This document shows, piece after piece, positions 48,078 to 56,838 of a DNA stretch of 64,000 nt. This stretch comes from a virus. The stretch lies in IMG/VR virus record IMGVR_UViG_3300014202_001521, positions 130,931-194,930 of that record; one strand, given 5' to 3'. Under the pieces are notes generated by a model. The model saw only the letters and a program-made list of their open reading frames with translations. It was not told where the DNA came from and made no database searches. How positions within the stretch are numbered: position 1 is the first letter of the stretch; each line of letters begins with the position of its first letter. The position numbers were made by a program, and so were the translations under genes.

Positions 48078-48338
48078 ATGGATGGAAAGAAAAAATTCGA
48101 AGTTAAGTTCAAAAACACAGGTGAAAAGGTAGTTAAGGCTATTTTCATTGATGGTGTAATGCTAGACTACTCGGTAGATGTAGAATCTTTAAAGAAGGTG
48201 TCGGCATTAGGACCAGAGTATAAAAAAGTGGCATTACTCGACATAGAAAAACATTTCATAGAGTGCGTTTGCGACATGGTTGGTCGTCAAGTAACTGCAC
48301 AAGAACTAGACAAAGCTTTTAGAACTGGTTGGATTTAA
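48078..48338 (+). CDS. hypothetical protein
   Basis: 86-aa ORF directly upstream of lat. Confidence 0.65.
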   Translation: MDGKKKFEVKFKNTGEKVVKAIFIDGVMLDYSVDVESLKKVSALGPEYKKVALLDIEKHFIECVCDMVGRQVTAQELDKAFRTGWI

Positions 48339-48339
48339 T

Positions 48340-49593
48340 ATGAAGAAAAACATACATAACAATCTAAGCAAATTCATACTTACAGATGGATTTGCTCATG
48401 TGGTAGACCTGAAAAAGAGTCAAGGGTCTTATTTCGTAGATGCCAACACTGGCAGAGAATACTTAGATTGTTACTCCCTGCACGCCAGTCAACCTTTAGG
48501 ATGGAATTATCCAAAGCTCAATGAACACAAGAAAAAACTCACCGATATTGTTTTCCACAATATTAGTAATTCTGATCTATATTCTAGTCCTTACGATGAC
48601 TTTGTGGCTAGTTTTGCAAATATAACTCCTGATTTCAACCACTACTTCTTTGTTTCGGGTGGAACACTCGGCGTGGAGAATGCGCTAAAAGCAGCATTCG
48701 ACTGGAAAGCACAGAAGTTAGGTTGGGATGACTACCATGATGACTATGATTTTGACAAACAACTAGACGTAATACACTTAAATGAAGCTTTTCACGGAAG
48801 AAGTGGCTACACACTTTCATTGACCAATACAGGCATCATTAAAACTAAATGGTATCCTAAGTTCAAATGGACTAGGATACTTAATCCTAAAGTGACGGAA
48901 GACCTAAATATCCAAGCTTTAGAAGCATTCAGCTTAGATCAAGCTGAAACGGCACTGAAAACCAATAAGGTCGCCGCAATTATTCTTGAGACTATCCAAG
49001 GCGAAGGGGGTGACAACCACTTTAGACCTGAATATTTTCAGGCGCTCAGGAATTTGGCTGACCGCTATGAGGCTATGCTCATATTAGACGAAGTACAGAC
49101 AGGCGTAGGCATGACAGGTAAAATGTGGGCCTACGAACACTTTGGCATTATTCCTGATATGATTTGCTTCGGCAAAAAAACTCAGGTTTGCGGCTTTTGC
49201 TCTACCCGCAGGATTGACGAAGTGCCTAAAAATGTCTTCACGGTATCAGGTCGTATAAACTCAACTTGGGGTGGCAACCTTGTTGATATGGCCCGCGCCA
49301 CTGCATATTTCAAGATCATCGAAGAAGATGACCTTGTTAATAACGCGGAAAAGGTAGGCCATTACTTTAAGCAGGAGCTAAGTAAATTGCCATTGAAGAA
49401 TGTGAGAGGTCGAGGGCTAATGTTAGCCTTCGACCTCCCTACTTCTGAAAAACGGGATGAATGCCTAGCTAAACTGAATGAACGTGTGTTTTGCTTGAAA
49501 TGTGGTACGAAATCAATTCGCTTCCGCCCACATCTTACATTCAGCAAGAGCGACGTGGAAGTGGCAGTCAATCATGTGAGGAATTGTATATGA
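48340..49593 (+). CDS. lat: L-lysine 6-aminotransferase (class III PLP enzyme)
   Basis: GG.L.VENALKAAFDWK, AFHGRSGYTLSLTNT, IQGEGGDNHFR, DEVQTG, FGKKTQVCG, RINSTWGGNLVDM. Confidence 0.93.
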   Translation: MKKNIHNNLSKFILTDGFAHVVDLKKSQGSYFVDANTGREYLDCYSLHASQPLGWNYPKLNEHKKKLTDIVFHNISNSDLYSSPYDDFVASFANITPDFNHYFFVSGGTLGVENALKAAFDWKAQKLGWDDYHDDYDFDKQLDVIHLNEAFHGRSGYTLSLTNTGIIKTKWYPKFKWTRILNPKVTEDLNIQALEAFSLDQAETALKTNKVAAIILETIQGEGGDNHFRPEYFQALRNLADRYEAMLILDEVQTGVGMTGKMWAYEHFGIIPDMICFGKKTQVCGFCSTRRIDEVPKNVFTVSGRINSTWGGNLVDMARATAYFKIIEEDDLVNNAEKVGHYFKQELSKLPLKNVRGRGLMLAFDLPTSEKRDECLAKLNERVFCLKCGTKSIRFRPHLTFSKSDVEVAVNHVRNCI

Positions 49594-49850
49594 TGAACAG
49601 ATACATAAAAGAGCCAGGACTTAAAAACTTCTGGCTCAATAGAAGGCACAAATTCGACAGAGGACTCTTAGAAGGAATAGACACGAAGTATTCCCGTGCT
49701 ACCTGTGCAGTATTATTGGAGTCTGTTAGACTCCAATATGAAGTTGGGAACGACGAAGAGTATGCTGTTTATCTAAAGGAATTTCGTGAGAGAACACAGC
49801 GGGCATTAGACGCTAACCACTCGCCAAAACATGACCAGCCTCATCAGTAA
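49590..49850 (+). CDS. small protein containing a segment like the major-capsid-protein N-terminus
   Basis: KNFWL then GLLEGIDTKYSRATCAVLLES. ATGA overlap with the lat stop. Confidence 0.6.
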   Translation: MMNRYIKEPGLKNFWLNRRHKFDRGLLEGIDTKYSRATCAVLLESVRLQYEVGNDEEYAVYLKEFRERTQRALDANHSPKHDQPHQ

Positions 49851-50022
49851 TGATATAATCAATCACGCAATTCATCTTTTCAGCCATTTCAGCCATGCCT
49901 TTAACATGGTCTTTTGCTGATGCAAGTGTATGAAATGGATTGCCTTTATCGCCCCAAGGCGAAGGCTTCTCGAATCCACCGCGACGAATCTGAACATAAT
50001 ATAATGTTAGCATTTCATGCAC
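49813..50022 (-). CDS. hypothetical protein
   Basis: Last ORF of a long minus-strand run. Confidence 0.55.
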   Translation of the reverse strand: MHEMLTLYYVQIRRGGFEKPSPWGDKGNPFHTLASAKDHVKGMAEMAEKMNCVIDYIITDEAGHVLASG

Positions 50023-50309
50023 TCCTCAATTATATCAATCCAGGTATTGCTGTATTCATAGTATGACCAAGTATTATTGGTCATATCGCGTACTTTATTT
50101 CTAACCTGCATACCTTCACGGAAATGAACAGGATGTGGTATATTGCCATCGTCTTTTATACAAGCATTTAATGTTCCATGTTCTTTCTTAACATTTCTAA
50201 AAAACATTAAACCAGCTTCACCCAACCATTCTTTCAATTCTGGAATAAGCTGTATATAATCTTCTCTATTCTTCTTTTCATATATATTAACTATTGGTTC
50301 ACCCTTCAT
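50007..50309 (-). CDS. hypothetical protein
   Basis: PHPVHFREGMQVRN motif. Confidence 0.65.
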   Translation of the reverse strand: MKGEPIVNIYEKKNREDYIQLIPELKEWLGEAGLMFFRNVKKEHGTLNACIKDDGNIPHPVHFREGMQVRNKVRDMTNNTWSYYEYSNTWIDIIEECMKC

Positions 50310-50469
50310 GACACCCCTCAGTTTCCAAATTTGGGACCGCCCACAATGGGAATCTAGTCCAATCTATCTTATTTCTATTTGGGGCTTGGTATAGTATTTT
50401 TAAGTCTTGGTGAAATCGACCATTAACACATGCCTCCAAGACCCGTTCACATATATCTTTAATTTCCAT
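50299..50469 (-). CDS. small hypothetical protein
   Basis: Not in the track (56 aa): MEIKDICERVLEACVNGRFHQDLKILYQAPNRNKIDWTRFPLWAVPNLETEGCHEG. Fills the gap and has an SD-like GGGG. Confidence 0.6.
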   Translation of the reverse strand: MEIKDICERVLEACVNGRFHQDLKILYQAPNRNKIDWTRFPLWAVPNLETEGCHEG

Positions 50470-50492
50470 AGTTCACCCCTTCTCTATTTATT

Positions 50493-50924
50493 TTACCCCG
50501 CTCGGATTTCCGATACAAGTTTTTTCACAGCATTTCCATCCACACTTATTTTATTTTCCTTGAAAAACTTCATAGCAATGCCCGTAGCCTGTCCCTCCGA
50601 CTTTGCGGCCCTTATTTCTTCTGCCTTTGCGGTCAAAGAAACCTTCAAGTCGTGAATGGACATTTCCTGTGGAAGTAATGCCTGCAAAGTAGTCTTTTCA
50701 GCCTCAAATTTAGGGTCATTAGGCTTATATGTAAGCATTTCTTCGACGCCCTGGAGTGTCTTACGAATGACACGGCAGCAGTCGTCATCGGTAAACGGCT
50801 TACCATTGCGGCTTTCTTGGGTGTCTATTTCACCCAACACCACTTTAAGCACGTTTTTCTGTGCCTCTAGTTTGGCCTTGGTCGCTTCCGTAATTTGCTT
50901 CCGAATTGTCTCTTTCAGTGTCAT
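50493..50924 (-). CDS. GatB/YqeY-domain protein
   Basis: LKE.I..QI..A.KAK....VLK.VLGEI, E...L..LLPQ.MS, G.AMK. Confidence 0.8.
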   Translation of the reverse strand: MTLKETIRKQITEATKAKLEAQKNVLKVVLGEIDTQESRNGKPFTDDDCCRVIRKTLQGVEEMLTYKPNDPKFEAEKTTLQALLPQEMSIHDLKVSLTAKAEEIRAAKSEGQATGIAMKFFKENKISVDGNAVKKLVSEIRAG

Positions 50925-51199
50925 GACTTTCCTTTCGTCATTTCTGTAAGTGGGATATAAAGTTTTCCAGCTTTACGACAGTCGTAATAGCGAGAACAGT
51001 TTAACATCATTAATTCTTTTTCAGGCAACTGTGGATCGGCGTCTGATGTTTCTGGCAATAGCCCATAGAGATAGAATTGGTCATCCAGCCAGCAGTTTTC
51101 GTCACCCTGCTGGTCACGATGGGTGCGAATCGCTGTCCGAATCTTCATTATTTCGTCTCTAAGCTCTTGCTCAGACATTTCAAGAAGGTCACTATCCAT
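50921..51199 (-). CDS. hypothetical protein
   Basis: IR.HRDQ.GD.NCWLDD motif. Confidence 0.65.
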   Translation of the reverse strand: MDSDLLEMSEQELRDEIMKIRTAIRTHRDQQGDENCWLDDQFYLYGLLPETSDADPQLPEKELMMLNCSRYYDCRKAGKLYIPLTEMTKGKS

Positions 51200-51506
51200 T
51201 ATGCACCTGAACTTTGCTGGTTTTCGTGTTGCCGATTATGTAGATACAGTCAGTCAATCCCTTATCTACATAGACTGGAAAACTAAACTGGTTATACCAG
51301 CCATAGAGATAGAAGTCTTGGTTTTCATCAAGCGGTTCTTCCGCTGCGAAATTCATCATCATATCCTTGAGCGTGGGTGGAATAATCAAAGAAATAATCA
51401 GACCACCGCTTTTATCCCTTATCCCATAAAGGAAGGTCTGAAATCCTTGCGCCTTGTCCACTTTAGCAACATCAAAAGTTTCTATCACAGGAATGCTCCT
51501 CTCCAA
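51192..51506 (-). CDS. hypothetical protein
   Basis: Coupled ORF. Confidence 0.55.
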   Translation of the reverse strand: MERSIPVIETFDVAKVDKAQGFQTFLYGIRDKSGGLIISLIIPPTLKDMMMNFAAEEPLDENQDFYLYGWYNQFSFPVYVDKGLTDCIYIIGNTKTSKVQVHNG

Positions 51507-51859
51507 TATCGCTTTAAGGTGGTTTTCCGTGTCTTCAGAACTTGCTTAGCTTCCTTCTTAAGCAACTTGGCTATTGTGCGGCTGGTTTCTTTCTGTATTC
51601 TCTCCAGAAGAACACGCACTTGATTGTGCCAGTCTTCTTGTGCAAAAGGGCAAGAGAAAGTATCATGTGCATGACCTTTACTCTTGCCATGAGCTACAGA
51701 CATAGCTTCTACCCAGCCCGTGGCTCCCATACAGCCTCTTTTTACATCCATTTTTTCTTTACAGACACGACAAAACATTTCCTTTTCTTTGCCAGGTTCG
51801 GGCGTAAAATGATCCCAACCTGCATGGAAATGCTTGGTCTTTTCTTTTGGCTTACTCAT
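51485..51859 (-). CDS. hypothetical zinc-binding protein
   Basis: CRVC, HD.F.CP, WH.Q. Confidence 0.65.
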   Translation of the reverse strand: MSKPKEKTKHFHAGWDHFTPEPGKEKEMFCRVCKEKMDVKRGCMGATGWVEAMSVAHGKSKGHAHDTFSCPFAQEDWHNQVRVLLERIQKETSRTIAKLLKKEAKQVLKTRKTTLKRYWRGAFL

Positions 51860-52890
51860 CCTAAAAACCTATGTAAGAGTTTGTGGAAATGGTAAATACC
51901 TTCTTCCCTTGGGTTATGATAGCGACCTACGCTATATCGACTACTATGCAATCCCTTTTGGACCCGCTCACAAACCTTTATGTCTTCTTCCTGAATTTGA
52001 TCCGATACAATCTTACTGTCGTGCTGTTGGTGCTTATCAAACTCAGGGGTAAAGTAAAAATCAAACGTAACCTTACACTCTTCTGGACCTACAGGCTCTA
52101 CCCAATTCGTGTCCATTGCACCTTCTGATACATTAATCATGAAGTTAGGGAATAGCCAAACATAGTAGGCCATCCCCTTGCGAACACCATGCATTTCCCC
52201 GTCATTGTCTAATGGAACTGTCTGACTTATGATGAACTCTTCCAGAGTCGTCTTATATTTAGAATAATCAGCAACAGCAGCCAAAGCTTTATGAGCATAA
52301 GGAATATGATAACCACCATCGACATAATTATCTATAAACACTTTCCAGTTGCATTTTATATGGAAGACTTCTCTCCATTTCCACTCAAACATGTCAAGCG
52401 GTGGCAACACAAGTCCCTTGGTGAACTTCTCCCAAGAGACACGATTTCTTTCGTTGGGATTGACGAAAATCCAAGGCCCAAGAGTACGGACCTCAAAAGC
52501 AGGCAAATTGTTCGCTTTTTTATCCAGTTTTTGCCAACCATCAGGCTCCGTACAACCGAGCAGATCACCATTTAAGTTGTAAGTCCAACCGTGGTAAGGA
52601 CATATGAATTTGTTCATATGTCCACAACCCTCGGCTAGCACAGTGCCCCGATGACGACAGACGTTAGAGAAAGCGGAAAATCCATCTTCATTCTTTACAA
52701 CTACAACAGGCTCATCGCCTATGGTGGCTGTAAAGAATGATCCTACATGTGGAAGTTGTTCTTTCCTGCCAACGTAATTCCACATGCTCCTAAAGAGCAT
52801 ATGTTTTTCATCGGTTAGAATCCTTGGATCATGATACCAATATGATTCAATGGATTCTGCTGTAGCTAGCGGGAGATTCGGGTTGAACAT
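51856..52890 (-). CDS. Rieske non-heme iron oxygenase, choline-monooxygenase-like
   Basis: NVCRHRG...CPYHGW.Y (Rieske). NWKVFIDNYVDGGYHIPYAH and ED...CE.VQKGL.S (mononuclear Fe). Confidence 0.9.
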   Translation of the reverse strand: MFNPNLPLATAESIESYWYHDPRILTDEKHMLFRSMWNYVGRKEQLPHVGSFFTATIGDEPVVVVKNEDGFSAFSNVCRHRGTVLAEGCGHMNKFICPYHGWTYNLNGDLLGCTEPDGWQKLDKKANNLPAFEVRTLGPWIFVNPNERNRVSWEKFTKGLVLPPLDMFEWKWREVFHIKCNWKVFIDNYVDGGYHIPYAHKALAAVADYSKYKTTLEEFIISQTVPLDNDGEMHGVRKGMAYYVWLFPNFMINVSEGAMDTNWVEPVGPEECKVTFDFYFTPEFDKHQQHDSKIVSDQIQEEDIKVCERVQKGLHSSRYSVGRYHNPREEGIYHFHKLLHRFLG

Positions 52891-52914
52891 TACTTAAAAC
52901 AACCTTAAGTTAAG

Positions 52915-53241
52915 CTATTCTGTAGGACTGCTCTTTTTTCTACCATATGTCTTTCCACTTTCCCTATAGGACTGGTGTGGAGTCTTGCCGTCGCAGAAGT
53001 TGTGCCAATACACATTGACAGGTTCTTCTTCAAGTTGATCGTCAAACTTCCTAACTTCAGCATACCAATTGTAGAAGTCCTTTTCCACTTTTTCTAAGAA
53101 GTCGGCAATTGTTCTTAGTTCGGCTGGGAAATACCAGCCGTCTAGCTGTGTGCTACCACAGCCGATCTTCGCGTATTGCTTAATTTCAGCAATCTCTGGA
53201 TAACGTTTTGCAAACAATTCTAGTTGCATGATTAAACCCAA
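52915..53241 (-). CDS. hypothetical protein
   Basis: Coupled ORF. Confidence 0.55.
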   Translation of the reverse strand: MGLIMQLELFAKRYPEIAEIKQYAKIGCGSTQLDGWYFPAELRTIADFLEKVEKDFYNWYAEVRKFDDQLEEEPVNVYWHNFCDGKTPHQSYRESGKTYGRKKSSPTE

Positions 53242-54128
53242 TACTTGTTAAGCCACTCGATAGTGTCGCCAATCGGATAGTCCATACCTATTTGTGCAAT
53301 GGACGACAAATCCTCAAAATTGTCCATCGGTCCATTGATTACTGGCTCCATACGATGATAACGTTCCCCTAACAGGAAATTCGTTATATAGTTTACTACC
53401 ATTGTATCACGCTCTGTAATCATATGAAAAACAGACCGTGACCACATGAAATAACCCCATTGGACAGTCTTTTGCTCAATGTAAATGTCCCTGATAGAGC
53501 CAATCGACAAAACTACTATTTCATCCTGTTTAGGACGAGGTTCTGTGTTCCTTTTATCCTGCGTTTGTGCCACCGCACATAATGCTGGATTATTCGCAAT
53601 CAATGCTCCGTCAACATACTTTTCATATGTTGGGAAGAAAACTGGCGCGGCTGACGTAGCCATCGCCAAGTCTACCAGTTTAGCATCTTTGTCGGAATCT
53701 TCACCCTCAAAATTGTGAAATATTTTAGCTCGCCAACGCCGATGGCTTGGAGCTTCATCATCCAGACAAAAAGTAGGTATAACTACCTTCTTTTGTAGCT
53801 CCCCAAGTTTAATTGGGCCATATAAGCTACGCAGAAACACCTTGAACTTACTGTTGTCGTATTTCGGACAAACGCCAGCATAGAAACCTAAGAGTCTAGC
53901 TGGGTTAGTATTAAATGCTAATGGAATGCCCTTAATGAAATTCTGATCTACCGAGTCTATGTCATGTCCCATCGCAAAGCCAAGGCCCAACACACCGCCA
54001 ATTGACGTTCCAGCAAACAAATCGACGCTCTGAAGAAGTGTTGGAAACTTTTTTATAATCCTTTTAAGGATCATAAGGTCTGCGTAGCCATGCATTCCAC
54101 CGCCGTCAATAGAGAGGATTTTGTACAT
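53232..54128 (-). CDS. patatin-like phospholipase
   Basis: ILSIDGGG, AGTSIGG, SAAP.FFP, VDGAL.ANNP. Confidence 0.92.
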   Translation of the reverse strand: MYKILSIDGGGMHGYADLMILKRIIKKFPTLLQSVDLFAGTSIGGVLGLGFAMGHDIDSVDQNFIKGIPLAFNTNPARLLGFYAGVCPKYDNSKFKVFLRSLYGPIKLGELQKKVVIPTFCLDDEAPSHRRWRAKIFHNFEGEDSDKDAKLVDLAMATSAAPVFFPTYEKYVDGALIANNPALCAVAQTQDKRNTEPRPKQDEIVVLSIGSIRDIYIEQKTVQWGYFMWSRSVFHMITERDTMVVNYITNFLLGERYHRMEPVINGPMDNFEDLSSIAQIGMDYPIGDTIEWLNKYWV

Positions 54129-55065
54129 TCGTTATATACTCGCTTTTCATTTTCCAAATATGTTTCCAGGTTATCTTATGGGCAATTTGGTACACAATAT
54201 GATTGTTAATACCAAGGCGATCCGCAATTTGTTTGTTAGTTTCTTCACCTATCATCAAAGCATCCCGAACGTCTAAAGCCGTTTCCAAAGTGATTACAGC
54301 CCTGCCATTGTCTTCCCCTCTTGGCTGCCGTTTATATTTGCCCAACAGTTTAGAGCAAGCCTTTCTATCCTTAGCAATCTTAAAATGCTCTGGATTAAAG
54401 CACGCTCGCATATTGCAAGTATGGAAAATAAACTTGCTACTGTCAAGTGGTAAATCCAACCAGATATACGCAGCCACATTCTGAACTAGATAATGCCTTC
54501 TGCTATAGGGTCTAGGAAGAGATAAGTAGCCGTAACCCCTCATATTCCAGCCCCCGACCCACATCCAACAACCTGTATTTGGGTCTATTTCTCTTTTCTT
54601 TAATAGACGCTTTTCCAAGTATTCTTTGGATGTAAGATGTATTCTAACTGGCCTGGGTTCACCATATGCTGCACTTAGATATTCGCCATTGACAATAGGA
54701 CCACGATTGTCCTTATCAACAAGGTTTAAATCTTTAGCCCAACGCTTGACAGTCTTAATATCAGAGCCAAGAGCTTTCTCTAAGGTCGTCCAGTTTGGAC
54801 GATCTTTATATCTGTGCTTGAGCATAGCCTCCACCAGTATTTCTACTGGTGGAGGTGGTACTTTAAAGGAATTGGTTTTACAAGTGGGTGAGCAGTAAAT
54901 CTGCGTAGCGGTTCTAGGCTTCTTAACCCGCTTTTCGCATACCTTGCATTTAAAAGGCGGAATCGTTCTTCTTGCCTTATACTTGCAACTATTACTGCAA
55001 TACTTCTGTCCCTTATACCGTTTGTTCTCTTCAAAAAACTTATTGCAGAAAGGACAGTCAGGCAT
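54106..55065 (-). CDS. HNH (His-Me finger) homing-endonuclease-like protein with N-terminal Zn fingers
   Basis: YCS..C repeats, GCWMW.G....GYG, HTCN.RAC.NP.H, RGEDNG, C-terminal HTH. Confidence 0.8.
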   Translation of the reverse strand: MPDCPFCNKFFEENKRYKGQKYCSNSCKYKARRTIPPFKCKVCEKRVKKPRTATQIYCSPTCKTNSFKVPPPPVEILVEAMLKHRYKDRPNWTTLEKALGSDIKTVKRWAKDLNLVDKDNRGPIVNGEYLSAAYGEPRPVRIHLTSKEYLEKRLLKKREIDPNTGCWMWVGGWNMRGYGYLSLPRPYSRRHYLVQNVAAYIWLDLPLDSSKFIFHTCNMRACFNPEHFKIAKDRKACSKLLGKYKRQPRGEDNGRAVITLETALDVRDALMIGEETNKQIADRLGINNHIVYQIAHKITWKHIWKMKSEYITNVQNPLY

Positions 55066-55076
55066 GGCTATGTTCC

Positions 55077-55919
55077 TTATAGCTTCTTTTTTCGTGGTCT
55101 GCCGCGTGGTTTCTTTTCCTTAGTCGCTGGTGGCTCTGTCGTAACAGTAGGAACATCACTGGTTGTGAGTTCCTCGATTACATCATACTTAGGGGACTCA
55201 GTACGCAAGGAGGCATTCAAAGACATAATAGACGGAGACATTGAAGTGCCTTCGTCAGCCAACTTCTTCTCATACGCCCTATAACGAGCAGAACCGCCCG
55301 ATGCGTGAGCATAGGAGCGAACCGCCAAGTGAGCTTCATCAAAGTTCTGGAGCTTCAGAAGCGGCGTGTCCATAAGCTCTGAGATAGCCGCCCAAAACTT
55401 GTTAGCTGCGGATTGGCCTGGATTATAAAGACACTGTAATGGGTAAACATTAATACCCATTTCCTGCAAGTCTTTGAGTTCCTTCTTCCACTCCAACTTA
55501 TCCGTGTTTTGCGGGTAATCCTTCTCATGTGGCTCAGCATCGCCAATCATAACAAGAACACCACGATTCTTCTTATCAACGGTCCAGCCTAGCGTCTTAG
55601 CTAGATTAAGAGCCAATTCATAGCATTCAGGCGCATCGCCACCGCTTGTATTCGGGGTATTGCGAATGAAACTATACACCTTCTTCTCATCATCAGTCAA
55701 CTTCTGAATGTTATAGCAATTCTTGCCATCACAGTAATCGCCGTGAGAGATAAACCCGATCTTTAGACCAGGGATATCCTTAAATAGTTCTTCGCAAGTC
55801 TTTTCTATATGCTTGCGAACGTTGGCTATGCAAGGCTGCATAGAACCAGTTGTGTCAAAGCAAAAAGCGATTTCTGTCGCTTTCGCAATGCTAGCCGTAA
55901 TATTAACTTCAGTAGACAT
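55077..55919 (-). CDS. von Willebrand factor A domain protein
   Basis: FDTTGSM, GDYCD, GGDAPECYELAL, IGDA.PH. C-terminal AT-hook-like PRGRPRKK. Confidence 0.88.
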   Translation of the reverse strand: MSTEVNITASIAKATEIAFCFDTTGSMQPCIANVRKHIEKTCEELFKDIPGLKIGFISHGDYCDGKNCYNIQKLTDDEKKVYSFIRNTPNTSGGDAPECYELALNLAKTLGWTVDKKNRGVLVMIGDAEPHEKDYPQNTDKLEWKKELKDLQEMGINVYPLQCLYNPGQSAANKFWAAISELMDTPLLKLQNFDEAHLAVRSYAHASGGSARYRAYEKKLADEGTSMSPSIMSLNASLRTESPKYDVIEELTTSDVPTVTTEPPATKEKKPRGRPRKKKL

Positions 55920-55971
55920 GGGAACTCCTTTGGTAGTAAGACATGTTACCGTTTAGAACAGAAAAAATCAA

Positions 55972-56178
55972 CTATGAAAGTGGGACGAAAGGGCAATAAA
56001 AATATCCCGCGTCAAAAAATTTAGGCTGGAAGTCGATTGGCAAGCCAAGATCACTTCTTAGTTTATATTTGTCACCACAATCGCAATGTGGATTGGTTGT
56101 GGTGACAAACGTGTGTCCACATCTACTGCAATACCAACACCACTGATCTTCAAGCTGCCAAAATAAAGTGTAAATCAT
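55972..56178 (-). CDS. small Zn-finger protein ending in a major-capsid-protein-like motif
   Basis: CSRCG...CDCG, then DAGYFYCPFVPL at the C-terminus. Confidence 0.65.
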   Translation of the reverse strand: MIYTLFWQLEDQWCWYCSRCGHTFVTTTNPHCDCGDKYKLRSDLGLPIDFQPKFFDAGYFYCPFVPLS

Positions 56179-56444
56179 TAATACATAATGGCAAAAGCCA
56201 TCTCTACGCTTTCGCCTTCATCATACAGCTTTCTGTAGGAATCTTTCAAGCCTACATTATTCCTAAAATCTTCCACTTCTTGAAGTGAAGGAACGTAAAC
56301 CTTATATTCGCCACGTTCGTAAGCCTCTTCATCAAACCCGATGATTGGTGCAGCTAACCATCCCTTGCCATAAACCATTAGAACATAGTCCCACCAATCA
56401 TCAAAATTACAGTCATTGTTATCATATTTTTCAGGTGTTTTCAT
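56178..56444 (-). CDS. hypothetical protein
   Basis: Coupled ORF. Confidence 0.6.
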   Translation of the reverse strand: MKTPEKYDNNDCNFDDWWDYVLMVYGKGWLAAPIIGFDEEAYERGEYKVYVPSLQEVEDFRNNVGLKDSYRKLYDEGESVEMAFAIMY

Positions 56445-56838
56445 TTTGCTCCATTAAGCTTTTATATTGCACTTCATCAAATACCAATCCTAACTTAACC
56501 GTTTTGTCTGGTTCATTGATTTCGCACTGAGTAATTTTACAATTACCAAGTCCCCATTCTTCATGGCAAGTGGTCAAAGTGGCCCGTCCTGGCTTCCTTA
56601 AGGTTGCCCCATTTTCTAATGTGCAACTAGCTTTCTCATCTTTATAATACTGAATAATCTTGTCCCTTACGATTTCAAATTCTTCATCGAACTCTTTGAT
56701 TTCTAACATTTCCCAATGGGCGTGCCAGGGGTGCCATGCATCATCAAAGAAAATTTCGCCTATTGTAATATTGGGTCTTACAGGCTTAATCGACAACTCT
56801 AATACATCATTCTTTATTGAGTACAATTTTAGTTCCAT
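56431..56838 (-). CDS. hypothetical protein
   Basis: Coupled ORF. Confidence 0.6.
   Translation of the reverse strand: MELKLYSIKNDVLELSIKPVRPNITIGEIFFDDAWHPWHAHWEMLEIKEFDEEFEIVRDKIIQYYKDEKASCTLENGATLRKPGRATLTTCHEEWGLGNCKITQCEINEPDKTVKLGLVFDEVQYKSLMEQNENT

Noticed and set aside
50299-50469. Apparent frameshifted pseudogene in the gap upstream of ORF 50007..50309
   Set aside because: Re-reading shows one continuous 56-aa ORF, simply below the track's length cutoff.
53232-55919. CBASS or other defence operon around patatin/HNH/vWA
   Set aside because: No CD-NTase, sensor or ATPase partner adjacent. The HNH looks like a free-standing homing-type gene.
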